In this document: piece by piece, positions 28,107-37,235 of the stretch | Layout of the letters: every line of letters begins with the position of its first letter | How positions within the stretch are numbered: the stretch's first letter is position 1 | Source: a phage | Strand: one strand, 5' to 3' | Sequence record: PZ445409.1 | Length of the DNA: 47,775 nucleotides | The notes under the pieces: generated by a model | What the model saw: the letters and a program-made list of their open reading frames with translations, nothing else | What the model was told of the DNA's origin: nothing | The model's database searches: none | Position numbers and translations under genes: made by a program

Positions 28107-30104
28107 ATGATTCCAAATATCGAAAAACAAATATCAGCGTTAGGCGAGGCAGTAATAAAAAGCATCCAAGAGCGATTCACGGTTGGCAATATAGTGCCTT
28201 ATCCTTATCAGTGCGTTGCGTATGCCGAGATCGCAAAGCGCATGAAAAACTATGAGCATCCTTTCTTTGTTAAGGCTTCTGTGTCGGCTGGTAAAACATT
28301 GATGTTTGCGATGGTTGCGGCGCAATGCCGCAAGATGGGATTGAAAATGATGGTCCTTGCTCGCCAGGCTGAAATTGTTGATCAGGATTCAGAAGAGATC
28401 AGCAATCTTGGCGTGCCAAACTCAATCTATTGCGCCGGACTGAAAACAAAAAGCGCATACTTTCCGATCGTAGTCGGTTCTGAGGGCACTGTAGTAAACG
28501 GATTGTTTAAGTCGTTAGGTGATTATGTTCCGCACGTTATCGGTATTGATGAATGTCACCAGGTGGATTGGGAGGATCTCGCTGATGCGATAGAAAATAA
28601 TGAATCTTACCAGCAGATGACCACTAAGAAGGATTTGCCTGTACTGATTGGAGAAGAACAGCAATTTGATTCCAATGGCGATCCAATGTTCGGAACAGGG
28701 CGCACACAGTACACCGTAATAATCATGGAAATGATGCGCAGGTGTCGCGAGGCATACGGGCACGAATTGCGAATATTCGGTATGACTGGATCTGAGTTTC
28801 GCGGCGTGGTTCCAATACTGGTTGAAGATAAGAACAAAAAGGGATTCTGGCGTGAGCAGGTGACTAACATAGACACAAACTACTTAATCAAATTTGGTTC
28901 GGTAGTGCCAACAAATTTCGGCGACGTAGGCGACCTGGGGTATGACCTTTCAGAGTTCGAAGCCAGTAGCGAGGATGGCGTTTCAGACTTTGACGCTAAA
29001 ACATTGCGCAAGATGGAAGAAAAGATCCATCAAGACGCAACAATGACACAGAAAATCATGGCTAAAGTCCATGAGATATGCAAAGACAGGAACGGAGTTT
29101 TAGTTACATGCGCAGGGGAAAGGCACTGCAAGGAGGCAGCCGCCGCACTGCCGCCAGGCGTTGAATACAGGATCATAACTGGCAAGACTGGAGATAATCA
29201 GCGTAAAGAGTGGCTGAGGGAGGCATACGAGGGAAAAGTAAAATACATCTTCCAGGTACAGGCGCTTACCACTGGCGTTAACGTTCCGTTTTGGGATACT
29301 TCTGTAATACTGAGAAAGATAGGATCTCTAACATTGCTAATCCAGCTTTTGGGGCGCGGTATGCGACTGCTTAAGCAATGGCACATTGAGCAGGGATTCA
29401 AGAAAAAAGATCATCTTGTATTGGATTTTGCCGGTACTATGGATGAGTTAGGGGATTTGTATTTCGATCCAATCCTTGAGCAAGCGCAATTCCAAAAGAG
29501 ATTTACAAACGGGAAAGAGCCTAAGACTTGTCCGATATGTGGAACGCTAAACAGCTTTTACGCTCGCCGATGTATGCACGTAGACGATAACGGGAAGAGA
29601 TGCGAGCATTTTTGGACTTACAGAATTTGCGAGGACCAGGTAGATCCGAGAACGAAAAAGATAATCAAGCGCGGTTGCGGAACAAAAAACGACGTAGTGG
29701 CGAGAGTATGCCGTTGTTGCGATATTTCTCTTGTCGATCCTAACGAGAAGTTAAGCGGCAAGCACTACACCAAAAACGATTGGTGCAACGTTAAATCTTT
29801 CCGCGTTGATATGACGAAAAACCAGAAAGGAATTGTTTTTTGCTATGAGCTTGAGGCCAACGGCGACACGTTCAAGGCATACGAAAGATTTTTCCCTGAG
29901 TCAGAAAGCAACATTTGCCGGACGATATGGAGAAAAATAGCATTGCAGCACATACCGGATCGCAAGATTGCTGGTATGGTGGCGAGCTATAGAAATGCGC
30001 GTAAAATAATGTCATACGCTCATCACATCATGCCTCCTGTACGCGTAACGCATCGCAAAAACGGCAAAGGTGAGGATAACATTGCAAAACGGGAGTTTGT
30101 TTAA
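28107..30104 (+). CDS. superfamily 2 helicase
   Basis: 665-aa ORF; Walker A SAGKT, DECH box (VIGIDECHQ), C-terminal Cys-rich zinc-finger-like region; driven by promoter unit 28032-28074. Confidence 0.7.
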   Translation: MIPNIEKQISALGEAVIKSIQERFTVGNIVPYPYQCVAYAEIAKRMKNYEHPFFVKASVSAGKTLMFAMVAAQCRKMGLKMMVLARQAEIVDQDSEEISNLGVPNSIYCAGLKTKSAYFPIVVGSEGTVVNGLFKSLGDYVPHVIGIDECHQVDWEDLADAIENNESYQQMTTKKDLPVLIGEEQQFDSNGDPMFGTGRTQYTVIIMEMMRRCREAYGHELRIFGMTGSEFRGVVPILVEDKNKKGFWREQVTNIDTNYLIKFGSVVPTNFGDVGDLGYDLSEFEASSEDGVSDFDAKTLRKMEEKIHQDATMTQKIMAKVHEICKDRNGVLVTCAGERHCKEAAAALPPGVEYRIITGKTGDNQRKEWLREAYEGKVKYIFQVQALTTGVNVPFWDTSVILRKIGSLTLLIQLLGRGMRLLKQWHIEQGFKKKDHLVLDFAGTMDELGDLYFDPILEQAQFQKRFTNGKEPKTCPICGTLNSFYARRCMHVDDNGKRCEHFWTYRICEDQVDPRTKKIIKRGCGTKNDVVARVCRCCDISLVDPNEKLSGKHYTKNDWCNVKSFRVDMTKNQKGIVFCYELEANGDTFKAYERFFPESESNICRTIWRKIALQHIPDRKIAGMVASYRNARKIMSYAHHIMPPVRVTHRKNGKGEDNIAKREFV

Positions 30105-30523
30105 TGGCTATAACTGATAAAGGCGATTATCTTGAGTTTTACGAAAGGGATCCAACCGACACGAGAAGGGAAGTTAATCACCAGATAGATAGTTTTCAGT
30201 GGTTGACTTATGCTCATCCTTATTTGCTGGCGTGGCATACGGTAAACGAGAATGAGAAGTCTAAAGCAACGGCGATGATTGATCAGCAGTCCGGCTTGGT
30301 TAAGGGAGTAAGCGATTTCATCATCCTGATTGGTTTAAACGGAAAATATCCCTTTGCGGCGATTGAGATCAAACGAGTGAATAAATCAGGCAAGGGGAAA
30401 GCATCACCAGTCAGCGATGAACAAAAGGCTTTTTTGCGTCGCGTTCGCAGCTTAGGAGGATTCGCTGCGGTAGCCTACGGATTCAATCAGTTTAAGTTGG
30501 CTATTGAATACATGCTTAAATAG
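30104..30523 (+). CDS. VRR-NUC domain nuclease
   Basis: 139-aa ORF, TAATG overlap with helicase; PD-(D/E)XK-like DFIIL...EIKR...QKAFL. Confidence 0.6.
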   Translation: MAITDKGDYLEFYERDPTDTRREVNHQIDSFQWLTYAHPYLLAWHTVNENEKSKATAMIDQQSGLVKGVSDFIILIGLNGKYPFAAIEIKRVNKSGKGKASPVSDEQKAFLRRVRSLGGFAAVAYGFNQFKLAIEYMLK

Positions 30524-30563
30524 CACTTTTTGTTAAAACTGGCGCGATGGATTGCGCCATAAT
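30521..30563 (+). promoter_or_regulatory. phage promoter unit (element + spacer + CATAAT)
   Basis: TAGCACTTTTTGTTAAAAC begins with VRR-NUC stop TAG; hexamer 30558-30563; upstream of dam. Confidence 0.6.
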
Positions 30564-30603
30564 TCAATAACACGAGATGGCTTTTAATAGCGGAGAAATG
30601 AAA

Positions 30604-31329
30604 ATGGCTAAAGATATTTTAGATAAAGACACCCATGACGCATTCGTTAGCTTTGAGCAGTTGGAGAGAGAAACGTTTATAGGGAATGCCCTTACAACTG
30701 GAGGCCATTACCAGGCAGTAAAGCCAAATCAATATTATAAGGTAAGTGGCAACCGATACGCTGGAAGCACCACGCCGGACGTTGTGCGCGATATGTGGAG
30801 CACGCCTCAAGAGATTGTGGAGTGGATGGAATCAGAATTTGGTGAATACGATCTCGACGCGGCAGCAAGCCAGGAAAACGCAGTTTGCGAGAAGTTCTAT
30901 AGCAAGGAAACAAACTGCTTAAAGCGTTGGCGGGGTAGCAACAAGCACGTATGGCTTAACCCGCCGTACAGCAACCCAACTCCATTTATCAAGAAAGCAA
31001 TTGAGCAAATGGAGCACAACAACCAAATTGATGTTTTGTTGCCAGCCGACAACTCTACAGCATGGTTTTATGATGCGCAGAAAAACGCGGCTGAAATCAT
31101 CTGGATCACTGGCGAGGTTTACGAAGAGGGTGGAGTAGAATACTCCCGCACCGGAAGAATCGCCTTTGTGTCTGGATTGACTGGCGAGCCTGTACAGGGC
31201 AACAACAAGGGGGGCGTGATTTTTGTCATGCGAAAACTTAAAGAAGGCGAGGAGCAGAAAACGCGATACGTTAAGATCAGCGATATTTGCCCTTCTGTAA
31301 CCGAACGCCGCGCGCGCAAACGGAGCTAA
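30604..31329 (+). CDS. dam: DNA N6-adenine methyltransferase (Dam-like)
   Basis: 241-aa ORF from ATG 30604 (GGAG RBS 9 nt upstream; track start 30577); NPPY motif (WLNPPYSN); phage Dam family. Confidence 0.75.
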   Translation: MAKDILDKDTHDAFVSFEQLERETFIGNALTTGGHYQAVKPNQYYKVSGNRYAGSTTPDVVRDMWSTPQEIVEWMESEFGEYDLDAAASQENAVCEKFYSKETNCLKRWRGSNKHVWLNPPYSNPTPFIKKAIEQMEHNNQIDVLLPADNSTAWFYDAQKNAAEIIWITGEVYEEGGVEYSRTGRIAFVSGLTGEPVQGNNKGGVIFVMRKLKEGEEQKTRYVKISDICPSVTERRARKRS

Positions 31330-31333
31330 CACG

Positions 31334-31591
31334 ATGAAAAAAGAGAGAAGCGTTTATTTAAATGAAACTGGCGAATGGTTGTTATTTCGCGCTATGGTGT
31401 GCGATGCACTTGATAAAAATCCTAACGTGAAAAAGATGATTGATTGCGATCCGTGGGAATTTTCAAGCGCATTAGATATGAGCTTTGAGGAGACAAGAAA
31501 ACTCCCGCTTGAAAAATGGCACGAACAAATCAGAAATGACATGCAAGAGTTTGTTGATTCGTGGAATTTTCAGCACGGAATGATCCACTAA
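31334..31591 (+). CDS. hypothetical protein
   Basis: 85-aa ORF with GGAG RBS; its TAA stop is directly followed by promoter unit 31592-31634. Confidence 0.5.
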   Translation: MKKERSVYLNETGEWLLFRAMVCDALDKNPNVKKMIDCDPWEFSSALDMSFEETRKLPLEKWHEQIRNDMQEFVDSWNFQHGMIH

Positions 31592-31634
31592 TAGCACTTT
31601 TTGTTAAAACGCCCGGCCTAGTGTCGGGCATAAT
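31592..31634 (+). promoter_or_regulatory. phage promoter unit (element + spacer + CATAAT)
   Basis: Element directly after TAA stop; 18-bp spacer gcccggcctagtgtcggg identical to the minus-strand unit at 34810-34852. Confidence 0.6.
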
Positions 31635-31667
31635 TATTTCAACGAAGCAAACATGAGGAAATAAAAA

Positions 31668-31847
31668 ATGGTGGTATTCGATAAACGCGCTTTTAATCTT
31701 GCTCAAGAAGTAGCAAAAGGTTCAGTTGATGGCGGTTCAAAGGAAGGGTTCCAGTTTGATTGGGAGATCGCAATGTTTTTACTGAAAGTTGCATACGGTC
31801 ACGCGCCAATTGAACAAGCGGAGGCATATTATAAGCATGAAGGTTGA
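31668..31847 (+). CDS. hypothetical small protein (59 aa, not in ORF track)
   Basis: ATG 31668 with GAGGA RBS about 35 nt after the promoter hexamer; translated by hand, no internal stops; stop TGA 31845-31847 overlaps next ATG. Confidence 0.4.
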   Translation: MVVFDKRAFNLAQEVAKGSVDGGSKEGFQFDWEIAMFLLKVAYGHAPIEQAEAYYKHEG

Positions 31848-32079
31848 GCAAGGGAGAGAGGCGGTATGGAATCACGCTAAAGAATGCGGTATTGCCGACG
31901 ATATAAAGAAGATCGCGCAATACTTTGATATTGCAGATGTGAGCATAATTAGCGGTGATAAGATGACTTTCCTCAAGGAAAGGCCGCGAAAAATGGTAAG
32001 AGTTCCAGCAGTTCCAACAAAAATTGATTTCAAAGAGGCAATGGCTAAAATCCGAGAGCCTCGCAAATATTATAAATGA
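31837..32079 (+). CDS. hypothetical protein
   Basis: 80-aa ORF from ATG 31837 overlapping upstream ORF (track start 31789). Confidence 0.4.
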   Translation: MKVEQGREAVWNHAKECGIADDIKKIAQYFDIADVSIISGDKMTFLKERPRKMVRVPAVPTKIDFKEAMAKIREPRKYYK

Positions 32080-32173
32080 GGATAGTTATCATGTGGCGCT
32101 TGTTTGTTCTACCGTTACACGTTATCATCGCTGTTACAGTTATGTACCATATAGTAATGAGATAGGTAGCAGA

Positions 32174-33289
32174 ATGAAAAATGTAAAAATTACAGATGAG
32201 CAATTCAAGATCGAACGGGCGGCAGGTAAGACATATAAACAGATCGCTCAAGAGTACGGAATGAATGTGAGAAGCGTCGAGCGTCGCGCGGCGCGTCTTG
32301 CAAAGCAAGGACAGTTATCGACCATTGGAGCGCCTGGTTTTGGTGTTCATGGTGAGTCAGTAATGACCGACAAAGAAGGCAACATAATCCTCAAGTGGAC
32401 CAAAACCAGCAAGGACAAAGAGCAATTAGAAGCATTGATGCGCGCAGCAATGGAGGCGTTTAGCGAGGAAGTGCCGCGATTAGATCCAGTTCCATTGCAG
32501 GAGCGTGACTATAATGAAACGCTTTCATTGTATCCGATCTTTGACATGCACTTAGGCGCTATGGCCCATAAGCACGAATGCGGCGAAAATTGGGATACTG
32601 CGACGGCGGAGCGCGTTATGAATAACTTTATCGACTATGCTTTGATGTGCGCACCTGACAGTGAAAAGGCTGTTATCCTGATTGGTGGCGACATGCTTCA
32701 TAGCGATGGCCTGGAGGCTGTGACCCCTGCAAGCGGTCACGTACTTGATCAAGATAGCCGATATGCAAAATTGGTTTACGTTGCAATACGTGCAATGCGC
32801 CGCGCAATTAATAAAATGCTGTTAAAGCATAAACATGTTGAGGTCCAGATCGTTGAGGGCAATCACGACCAATCAGGAATGATTTGGCTACGCGCAGCAA
32901 TGGCGGCAGCATATGATAACGAGCCGCGCGTTTACGTTGATGTTTCTCCTCGCGTTGTTCACCACACGCAATACGGAAAAACTTTCCTTGCGTACCATCA
33001 CGGGCACACAGTGCGTAAACCGGAGACTTTGCTAATGATGTGCGCGTCAGATTGGCGGGAGGACTTCGGAAACTCAAAAACGATGTATGCGCACGTAGGG
33101 CACTGGCATCACCAGACCGTGACGGAAACGTCGCTTGGGATCGTGGAGGTACATAGCACCCTGGCGGCAAAAGACGCATACGCCGCGCGCGGTGGCTGGA
33201 GATCTCGACGCCGTGCAGCGGTTATCATTTACGACAAAGAGCATGGAGAAGTTGGGCGATTTGTTCACTATCCAGAAATGATGAATTGA
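32174..33289 (+). CDS. HTH domain fused to calcineurin-like metallophosphoesterase
   Basis: 371-aa ORF from ATG 32174; N-terminal sigma-70-region-4/resolvase-type HTH (KTYKQIAQEYGMNVRSVERRAARL); phosphoesterase motifs DMH, GGDMLHSDG, GNHD, GHWHH. Confidence 0.6.
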   Translation: MKNVKITDEQFKIERAAGKTYKQIAQEYGMNVRSVERRAARLAKQGQLSTIGAPGFGVHGESVMTDKEGNIILKWTKTSKDKEQLEALMRAAMEAFSEEVPRLDPVPLQERDYNETLSLYPIFDMHLGAMAHKHECGENWDTATAERVMNNFIDYALMCAPDSEKAVILIGGDMLHSDGLEAVTPASGHVLDQDSRYAKLVYVAIRAMRRAINKMLLKHKHVEVQIVEGNHDQSGMIWLRAAMAAAYDNEPRVYVDVSPRVVHHTQYGKTFLAYHHGHTVRKPETLLMMCASDWREDFGNSKTMYAHVGHWHHQTVTETSLGIVEVHSTLAAKDAYAARGGWRSRRRAAVIIYDKEHGEVGRFVHYPEMMN

Positions 33290-33335
33290 TGAATTTTTAT
33301 TTAAATCAATGACAAATTAAATCAAAAACTTGCAA

Positions 33336-33365
33336 AGGGGCGGCGTTTGTCGCCTCTTTTTTTTG
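33336..33365 (+). terminator. intrinsic terminator before lysis cassette
   Basis: Imperfect hairpin aggggcggcgtttgtcgcctct + T8. Confidence 0.5.
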
Positions 33366-33435
33366 TTTAAATTTTTATCATGTGCGTTTATTATGCGGTT
33401 AATATATTGACTTTAATTAATATGGAGCATTAAAA

Positions 33436-33651
33436 ATGAAAGATTTTATTAACGCAGCTACAGCCGGATCTGGCGGTTCATCTATCGCAAGCGCCGCTAC
33501 AGGTCAGTTAACCATTGCTATTGCCAGCTTTGTTTTAATGGCTGCATTCGGTGCGTGGGGTGCTTACCTTCGCTGGCGTGATAGTAAAAAATTCCACGAG
33601 GCGATCGAAAAAGGTGATATTCAAAAAGCTATTGAAATCAGGGGCAAGTAA
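33436..33651 (+). CDS. holin
   Basis: 71-aa ORF, GGAG RBS; Gly/Ala-rich hydrophobic segment then charged C-terminus; immediately upstream of endolysin with TAATG overlap. Confidence 0.55.
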   Translation: MKDFINAATAGSGGSSIASAATGQLTIAIASFVLMAAFGAWGAYLRWRDSKKFHEAIEKGDIQKAIEIRGK

Positions 33652-34142
33652 TGAGCATCAAGAACAGGGTGGCGGCGGCGGCCTTTGGCGTTGCGGTTGC
33701 CTTGACTTCTCCACTTCTTGAAGAGATCGAAGGGGTAAGATACAAGCCATACAAAGATATTGCGGGAGTATGGACGGTTTGCGCAGGAATCACCGGACCA
33801 GATGTTATCCTGGGGAAAACGTACACTAAAAAAGAGTGTGATGCTTTGTTGGCTAAGCATATCCAGGTTGCTAAAAAGGAAGTTGACAAGCAGGTTAAGG
33901 TTGACATTCCTGATAGTATGCGTGCAGCAATGTACTCATTCACTTACAATGCAGGTGTGGGAGCTTTCAGAAATTCAACAATGCTGAAACTCATCAACCA
34001 GGGGAAATTAAACGAGGCTTGCGATCAGCTTTATCGTTGGACGTATTACCATAACCCCAAAACAGGAAAGCGCGAGAAGTCTAAAGGCTTACTTAACAGG
34101 CGCAAGGTCGAATACAAATATTGCACAATGGATCTGAAATGA
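33651..34142 (+). CDS. SAR endolysin (T4 lysozyme-like muramidase)
   Basis: 163-aa ORF; weakly hydrophobic Ala/Gly-rich N-terminal signal-anchor-release segment; E..D..T catalytic spacing (EEIEG..YKD..GVWT). Confidence 0.7.
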   Translation: MSIKNRVAAAAFGVAVALTSPLLEEIEGVRYKPYKDIAGVWTVCAGITGPDVILGKTYTKKECDALLAKHIQVAKKEVDKQVKVDIPDSMRAAMYSFTYNAGVGAFRNSTMLKLINQGKLNEACDQLYRWTYYHNPKTGKREKSKGLLNRRKVEYKYCTMDLK

Positions 34143-34534
34143 TGAAGAAATTTTTATTTACACCAATCGCAATGGCGGTGATCTTGTCTGGATGTTCAAG
34201 CGTTACGCCACTGACCGGATTAATCGGCAGTAAGCCGGAAATAACAGCACAGGCTGGCGCGGAGAACGTGAAGCAGACAGTTGGCATTACAGCAAAGCAG
34301 GACGCCAGCACAAAACAGGAAACCACAATAAAGGAATCTGCGGTTGACAAGGTGGACACGTCCAGCAAGAAGGATTTCACAACATCAACCATTCAGGCCA
34401 ATACCATCAAGGCAGACAAAATTCAGGTCGTGCAGGGTAATAACGGCAGATGGTACGATCCAATAATCATATGCATGGTTGTGTTCATTGTGCTGATTTG
34501 TCTTTACTGGAGGGAAAAGAAAAAGGAGGCTTAA
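34139..34534 (+). CDS. unimolecular spanin (u-spanin)
   Basis: 131-aa ORF overlapping endolysin stop; N-terminal lipoprotein signal with lipobox LSGC plus C-terminal transmembrane helix ([16 protein letters not shown]); T1 gp11-like architecture. Confidence 0.7.
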   Translation: MMKKFLFTPIAMAVILSGCSSVTPLTGLIGSKPEITAQAGAENVKQTVGITAKQDASTKQETTIKESAVDKVDTSSKKDFTTSTIQANTIKADKIQVVQGNNGRWYDPIIICMVVFIVLICLYWREKKKEA

Positions 34535-34550
34535 TGCCTCCTTTATTTTT
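34525..34550. terminator. bidirectional intrinsic terminator after spanin / after 34549-34773
   Basis: A-run, hairpin ggaggcttaatgcctcc, T-run; convergent genes on both sides. Confidence 0.65.
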
Positions 34551-34773
34551 ATGCGTCGGGCCACATATGAGTTTCGTTTGTTGGCTTGTTCGATTCGTCG
34601 TACTGCCTTACTTCAATGCTGCAAGTGTCGCCGTACAGTTCTGCAATCTTGCGCTCATTTTCAACCGCCGATTGCTCACTCCATCCAAAATCCCTGTCGT
34701 AAATTGTCGGTATTTCAGCAGAAGATCCGTTGTCATGATTATATACGCGAACTACTAAAAACTTGCTGGACAT
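34549..34773 (-). CDS. hypothetical protein
   Basis: 74-aa ORF with AAAGG RBS; first gene after promoter unit 34810-34852; ends at bidirectional terminator. Confidence 0.5.
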   Translation of the reverse strand: MSSKFLVVRVYNHDNGSSAEIPTIYDRDFGWSEQSAVENERKIAELYGDTCSIEVRQYDESNKPTNETHMWPDA

Positions 34774-34809
34774 AATTTTACCTTTTGGTTGTTTCGTTTC
34801 GATGAAACA

Positions 34810-34852
34810 AATATACCCGACACTAGGCCGGGCGTTTTAACAAAAAATGCTA
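34810..34852 (-). promoter_or_regulatory. phage promoter unit (element + TATATT)
   Basis: Minus strand TAGCATTTTTTGTTAAAAC + gcccggcctagtgtcggg + TATATT; inverted near-identical copy of 31592-31628. Confidence 0.6.
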
Positions 34853-35044
34853 TTCCATACGCTTTACCGTAACCAGTAATACACCATCATCATTGCATAA
34901 AACATGTTCAGTGGTGCTAAAAGCGCGCATATCTGAATAAAGTAGCGTAAGTAAAGCATGAATAAAATCCTCATGTGATATTGAATTTACGGCGCAGTGC
35001 TTCAAGATCTTGTCTATTAGCTTTTGCCTGGAACAATTCATCAT
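34850..35044 (-). CDS. hypothetical small ORF (alternative frame)
   Basis: 64-aa ORF whose TAG stop is the TAG of the conserved promoter element (as for several other genes); overlaps 3-prime end of 34971-35366 by 74 nt in another frame. Confidence 0.25.
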   Translation of the reverse strand: MMNCSRQKLIDKILKHCAVNSISHEDFIHALLTLLYSDMRAFSTTEHVLCNDDGVLLVTVKRME

Positions 35045-35366
35045 CGCCCATCTCCCCTATTCTCGCCATATCCCTGATCCAGTCGTTGCGCATACCATCC
35101 AGGCTATACAATTCGAATCCGAAAGGCCGCTTTGACGATCCTTTGGACCAGTATTTTCCGCAGACCCCATCTATATAACCAGCCGTCATCATTCTTGCGC
35201 AAAATTCCTTAGATGCAAGGCTGGCGAACATTCGCGGCGTAAGTCCGGCGGCCCGTGCGAGCCGCTCACATTCTCTATGCTGATAGATAAATTTGGCTAT
35301 GTGCTGCCTGTTAAACCAGTCGTATGACTCACACCATTTATACAGATCAAGCAAAAACATAATCAT
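34971..35366 (-). CDS. hypothetical protein
   Basis: 131-aa ORF; ATG overlaps stop of upstream ATPase gene (ATGA), indicating translational coupling. Confidence 0.5.
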   Translation of the reverse strand: MIMFLLDLYKWCESYDWFNRQHIAKFIYQHRECERLARAAGLTPRMFASLASKEFCARMMTAGYIDGVCGKYWSKGSSKRPFGFELYSLDGMRNDWIRDMARIGEMGDDELFQAKANRQDLEALRRKFNIT

Positions 35367-36946
35367 CCCAGCAGTATTGGATTGACAAAAATAACACCAT
35401 TAATCACACAAACATAATTTCTTTCTTCCAGCATTGGCAGCAAGTGCCCTTCTATCCTCTTCATTACGCCAGCCTGACCAACGAAAGGTTTTACCTTTCT
35501 CGCTGATTCGTACAGGGCGCGAATATTCAGGATCCCTTTGTTAGCCTTGCCGTGTCTAGTGATCAATTCAATCAATTTACCCATTTCAGCATCATCACCA
35601 GCATAACCAGAAGCATTGGCGGCGCTAATGTATGTTTTGCTCAATTCCTGAAACATGATCAGCGCCTCTTGCATTGTTTCCACGTCGATCTCTTTCGACT
35701 TCTGCGGGTATCCGGCAGGATTAAACCAGTTGCGGATAACATGCAGGACGGAAGCAAGCCTGATCACCTGTTTATCCATTTTACCCAGCGCACCGCGTAA
35801 CATTGTATGAGAATACTTTCCGCCGTCTGCAAGATGCGGTTCCATATCCTGGCGAGCAATGTTGAGCACTCGCATAGCTGAACGGCTTATTTTCAGCGAT
35901 ATATTTGATTCGCTCATGATGTTATGCACCAATTGATAATATTGGGCCTTCAATTCAGGATCCACCGCCTCATAGGTAGAATCACCATTTTCATCAATGA
36001 ATGAGCGACGGCCTAAGAATGATTCCTCACGGACCAACAAAAAGCGCTCACTCACACCGATACCGCGCGATCCAGCGTCCATGATTCCGCTTATCGTTTC
36101 ATCCTGGGCTATAACGCTCATACATCCAAGCGCGCGAAAACTCATGTTATTGTCAGCATTAGCACGGGCAATTGATACGTGACCATTATCCCACGCCTTA
36201 AGCACTAGCTCGCTGTTAGTCTTCCTTTCGCTATTGGCATAGGTCAAGCCTAACAGGCTGTTAATACTTGTTGCTTCGTCAGATATTACGGCAAAGTTAC
36301 CTTGCTTGTTGTTGATTTTCGCCAAGCCTTCTGGAGTGGTATCTGAAACAGGGAAAGTTATATCACACATCTTTTCCAGCTTCTCCTCCAGATCCTCTTT
36401 TTCCTGGTATAGAGATTCCATATCAGCGCCTGATCTTTCGCTTTTCATCTCCTTTGCAAGACCTGCCAACTTTGCCTGTATTTTCTTTCTTTCCTTGCGG
36501 CGTTGCTCGTTGATCTTCTCAACTTCCGCAATCATCGGAGCAATAGCCATACTGTTGATCGCAGATTTACCAGTTGACGGCGGCTGGCTTGTAACTACGT
36601 AAAGCGCAGTCGGCTGATCTGTTCCGTGGTAGTCAACTGTGAATCGACCAAGCATAGCGGCAGAAATACATCCGATAAAGTGCATGTAGGCCGATGATTC
36701 AGGGAATTGAACAGATCTCGCAAGATTGCGCGCCAGCTTACCAACTACATCAACATCATTCCCAAGTGAAATAACAGGGTAGCGGTCGTTACCGCCGTTA
36801 ATATCTTCCACCTGGCCCCAATAGCTTGAAGATTGGCGGTATCCGTTGGCCTGAATGGATACACGAACAGGGGAAATACCTTGAGATTCGGCGGTTTCAA
36901 TGATTTGTTTCGGTGATAACTGACTTGTTTCAAATGAAAAATTCAT
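35363..36946 (-). CDS. P-loop NTPase (DUF3987/primase-helicase-associated-like)
   Basis: 527-aa ORF with AGGAG RBS; deviant Walker A (QPPSTGKS), central charged coiled-coil segment; driven by promoter unit 36974-37016. Confidence 0.5.
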   Translation of the reverse strand: MNFSFETSQLSPKQIIETAESQGISPVRVSIQANGYRQSSSYWGQVEDINGGNDRYPVISLGNDVDVVGKLARNLARSVQFPESSAYMHFIGCISAAMLGRFTVDYHGTDQPTALYVVTSQPPSTGKSAINSMAIAPMIAEVEKINEQRRKERKKIQAKLAGLAKEMKSERSGADMESLYQEKEDLEEKLEKMCDITFPVSDTTPEGLAKINNKQGNFAVISDEATSINSLLGLTYANSERKTNSELVLKAWDNGHVSIARANADNNMSFRALGCMSVIAQDETISGIMDAGSRGIGVSERFLLVREESFLGRRSFIDENGDSTYEAVDPELKAQYYQLVHNIMSESNISLKISRSAMRVLNIARQDMEPHLADGGKYSHTMLRGALGKMDKQVIRLASVLHVIRNWFNPAGYPQKSKEIDVETMQEALIMFQELSKTYISAANASGYAGDDAEMGKLIELITRHGKANKGILNIRALYESARKVKPFVGQAGVMKRIEGHLLPMLEERNYVCVINGVIFVNPILLG

Positions 36947-36973
36947 TAAATCGACTCCTATTTGGTGCGGTGT

Positions 36974-37016
36974 ATGTTACCGCACCAATACTACCCTTAT
37001 TTGTCAAAAAGTGCTA
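36974..37016 (-). promoter_or_regulatory. phage promoter unit (variant element + TAACAT)
   Basis: Minus strand TAGCACTTTTTGACAAATA + 18 nt + TAACAT; upstream of ATPase gene. Confidence 0.5.
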
Positions 37017-37025
37017 TTTGATCCG

Positions 37026-37235
37026 CTAGATTGCAACCAGTAGGCGATCTGGCTGGCGGTCGCTGTAGCATTCTCCGGTTACATCATCCTTAAAAGTGAA
37101 GTAAAGCGACTTGTGATATGAATACCCAATCAGCCAACCTTCCGCAGTTCTCTTTATTGGCCTGACAATATCGCCAGGCTTGAAAGTTGCAGTTGTGGCG
37201 TGAGTTACTTTATATCGGTATTCACTGCGGATCAT
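37026..37235 (-). CDS. hypothetical protein
   Basis: 69-aa ORF; ATGA overlap with upstream gene. Confidence 0.5.
   Translation of the reverse strand: MIRSEYRYKVTHATTATFKPGDIVRPIKRTAEGWLIGYSYHKSLYFTFKDDVTGECYSDRQPDRLLVAI

Noticed and set aside
31611-31634. GC-rich hairpins following the conserved element considered as intrinsic terminators
   Set aside because: They lack a downstream T-tract and are instead followed at fixed distance by a -10-like hexamer, RBS and start codon.
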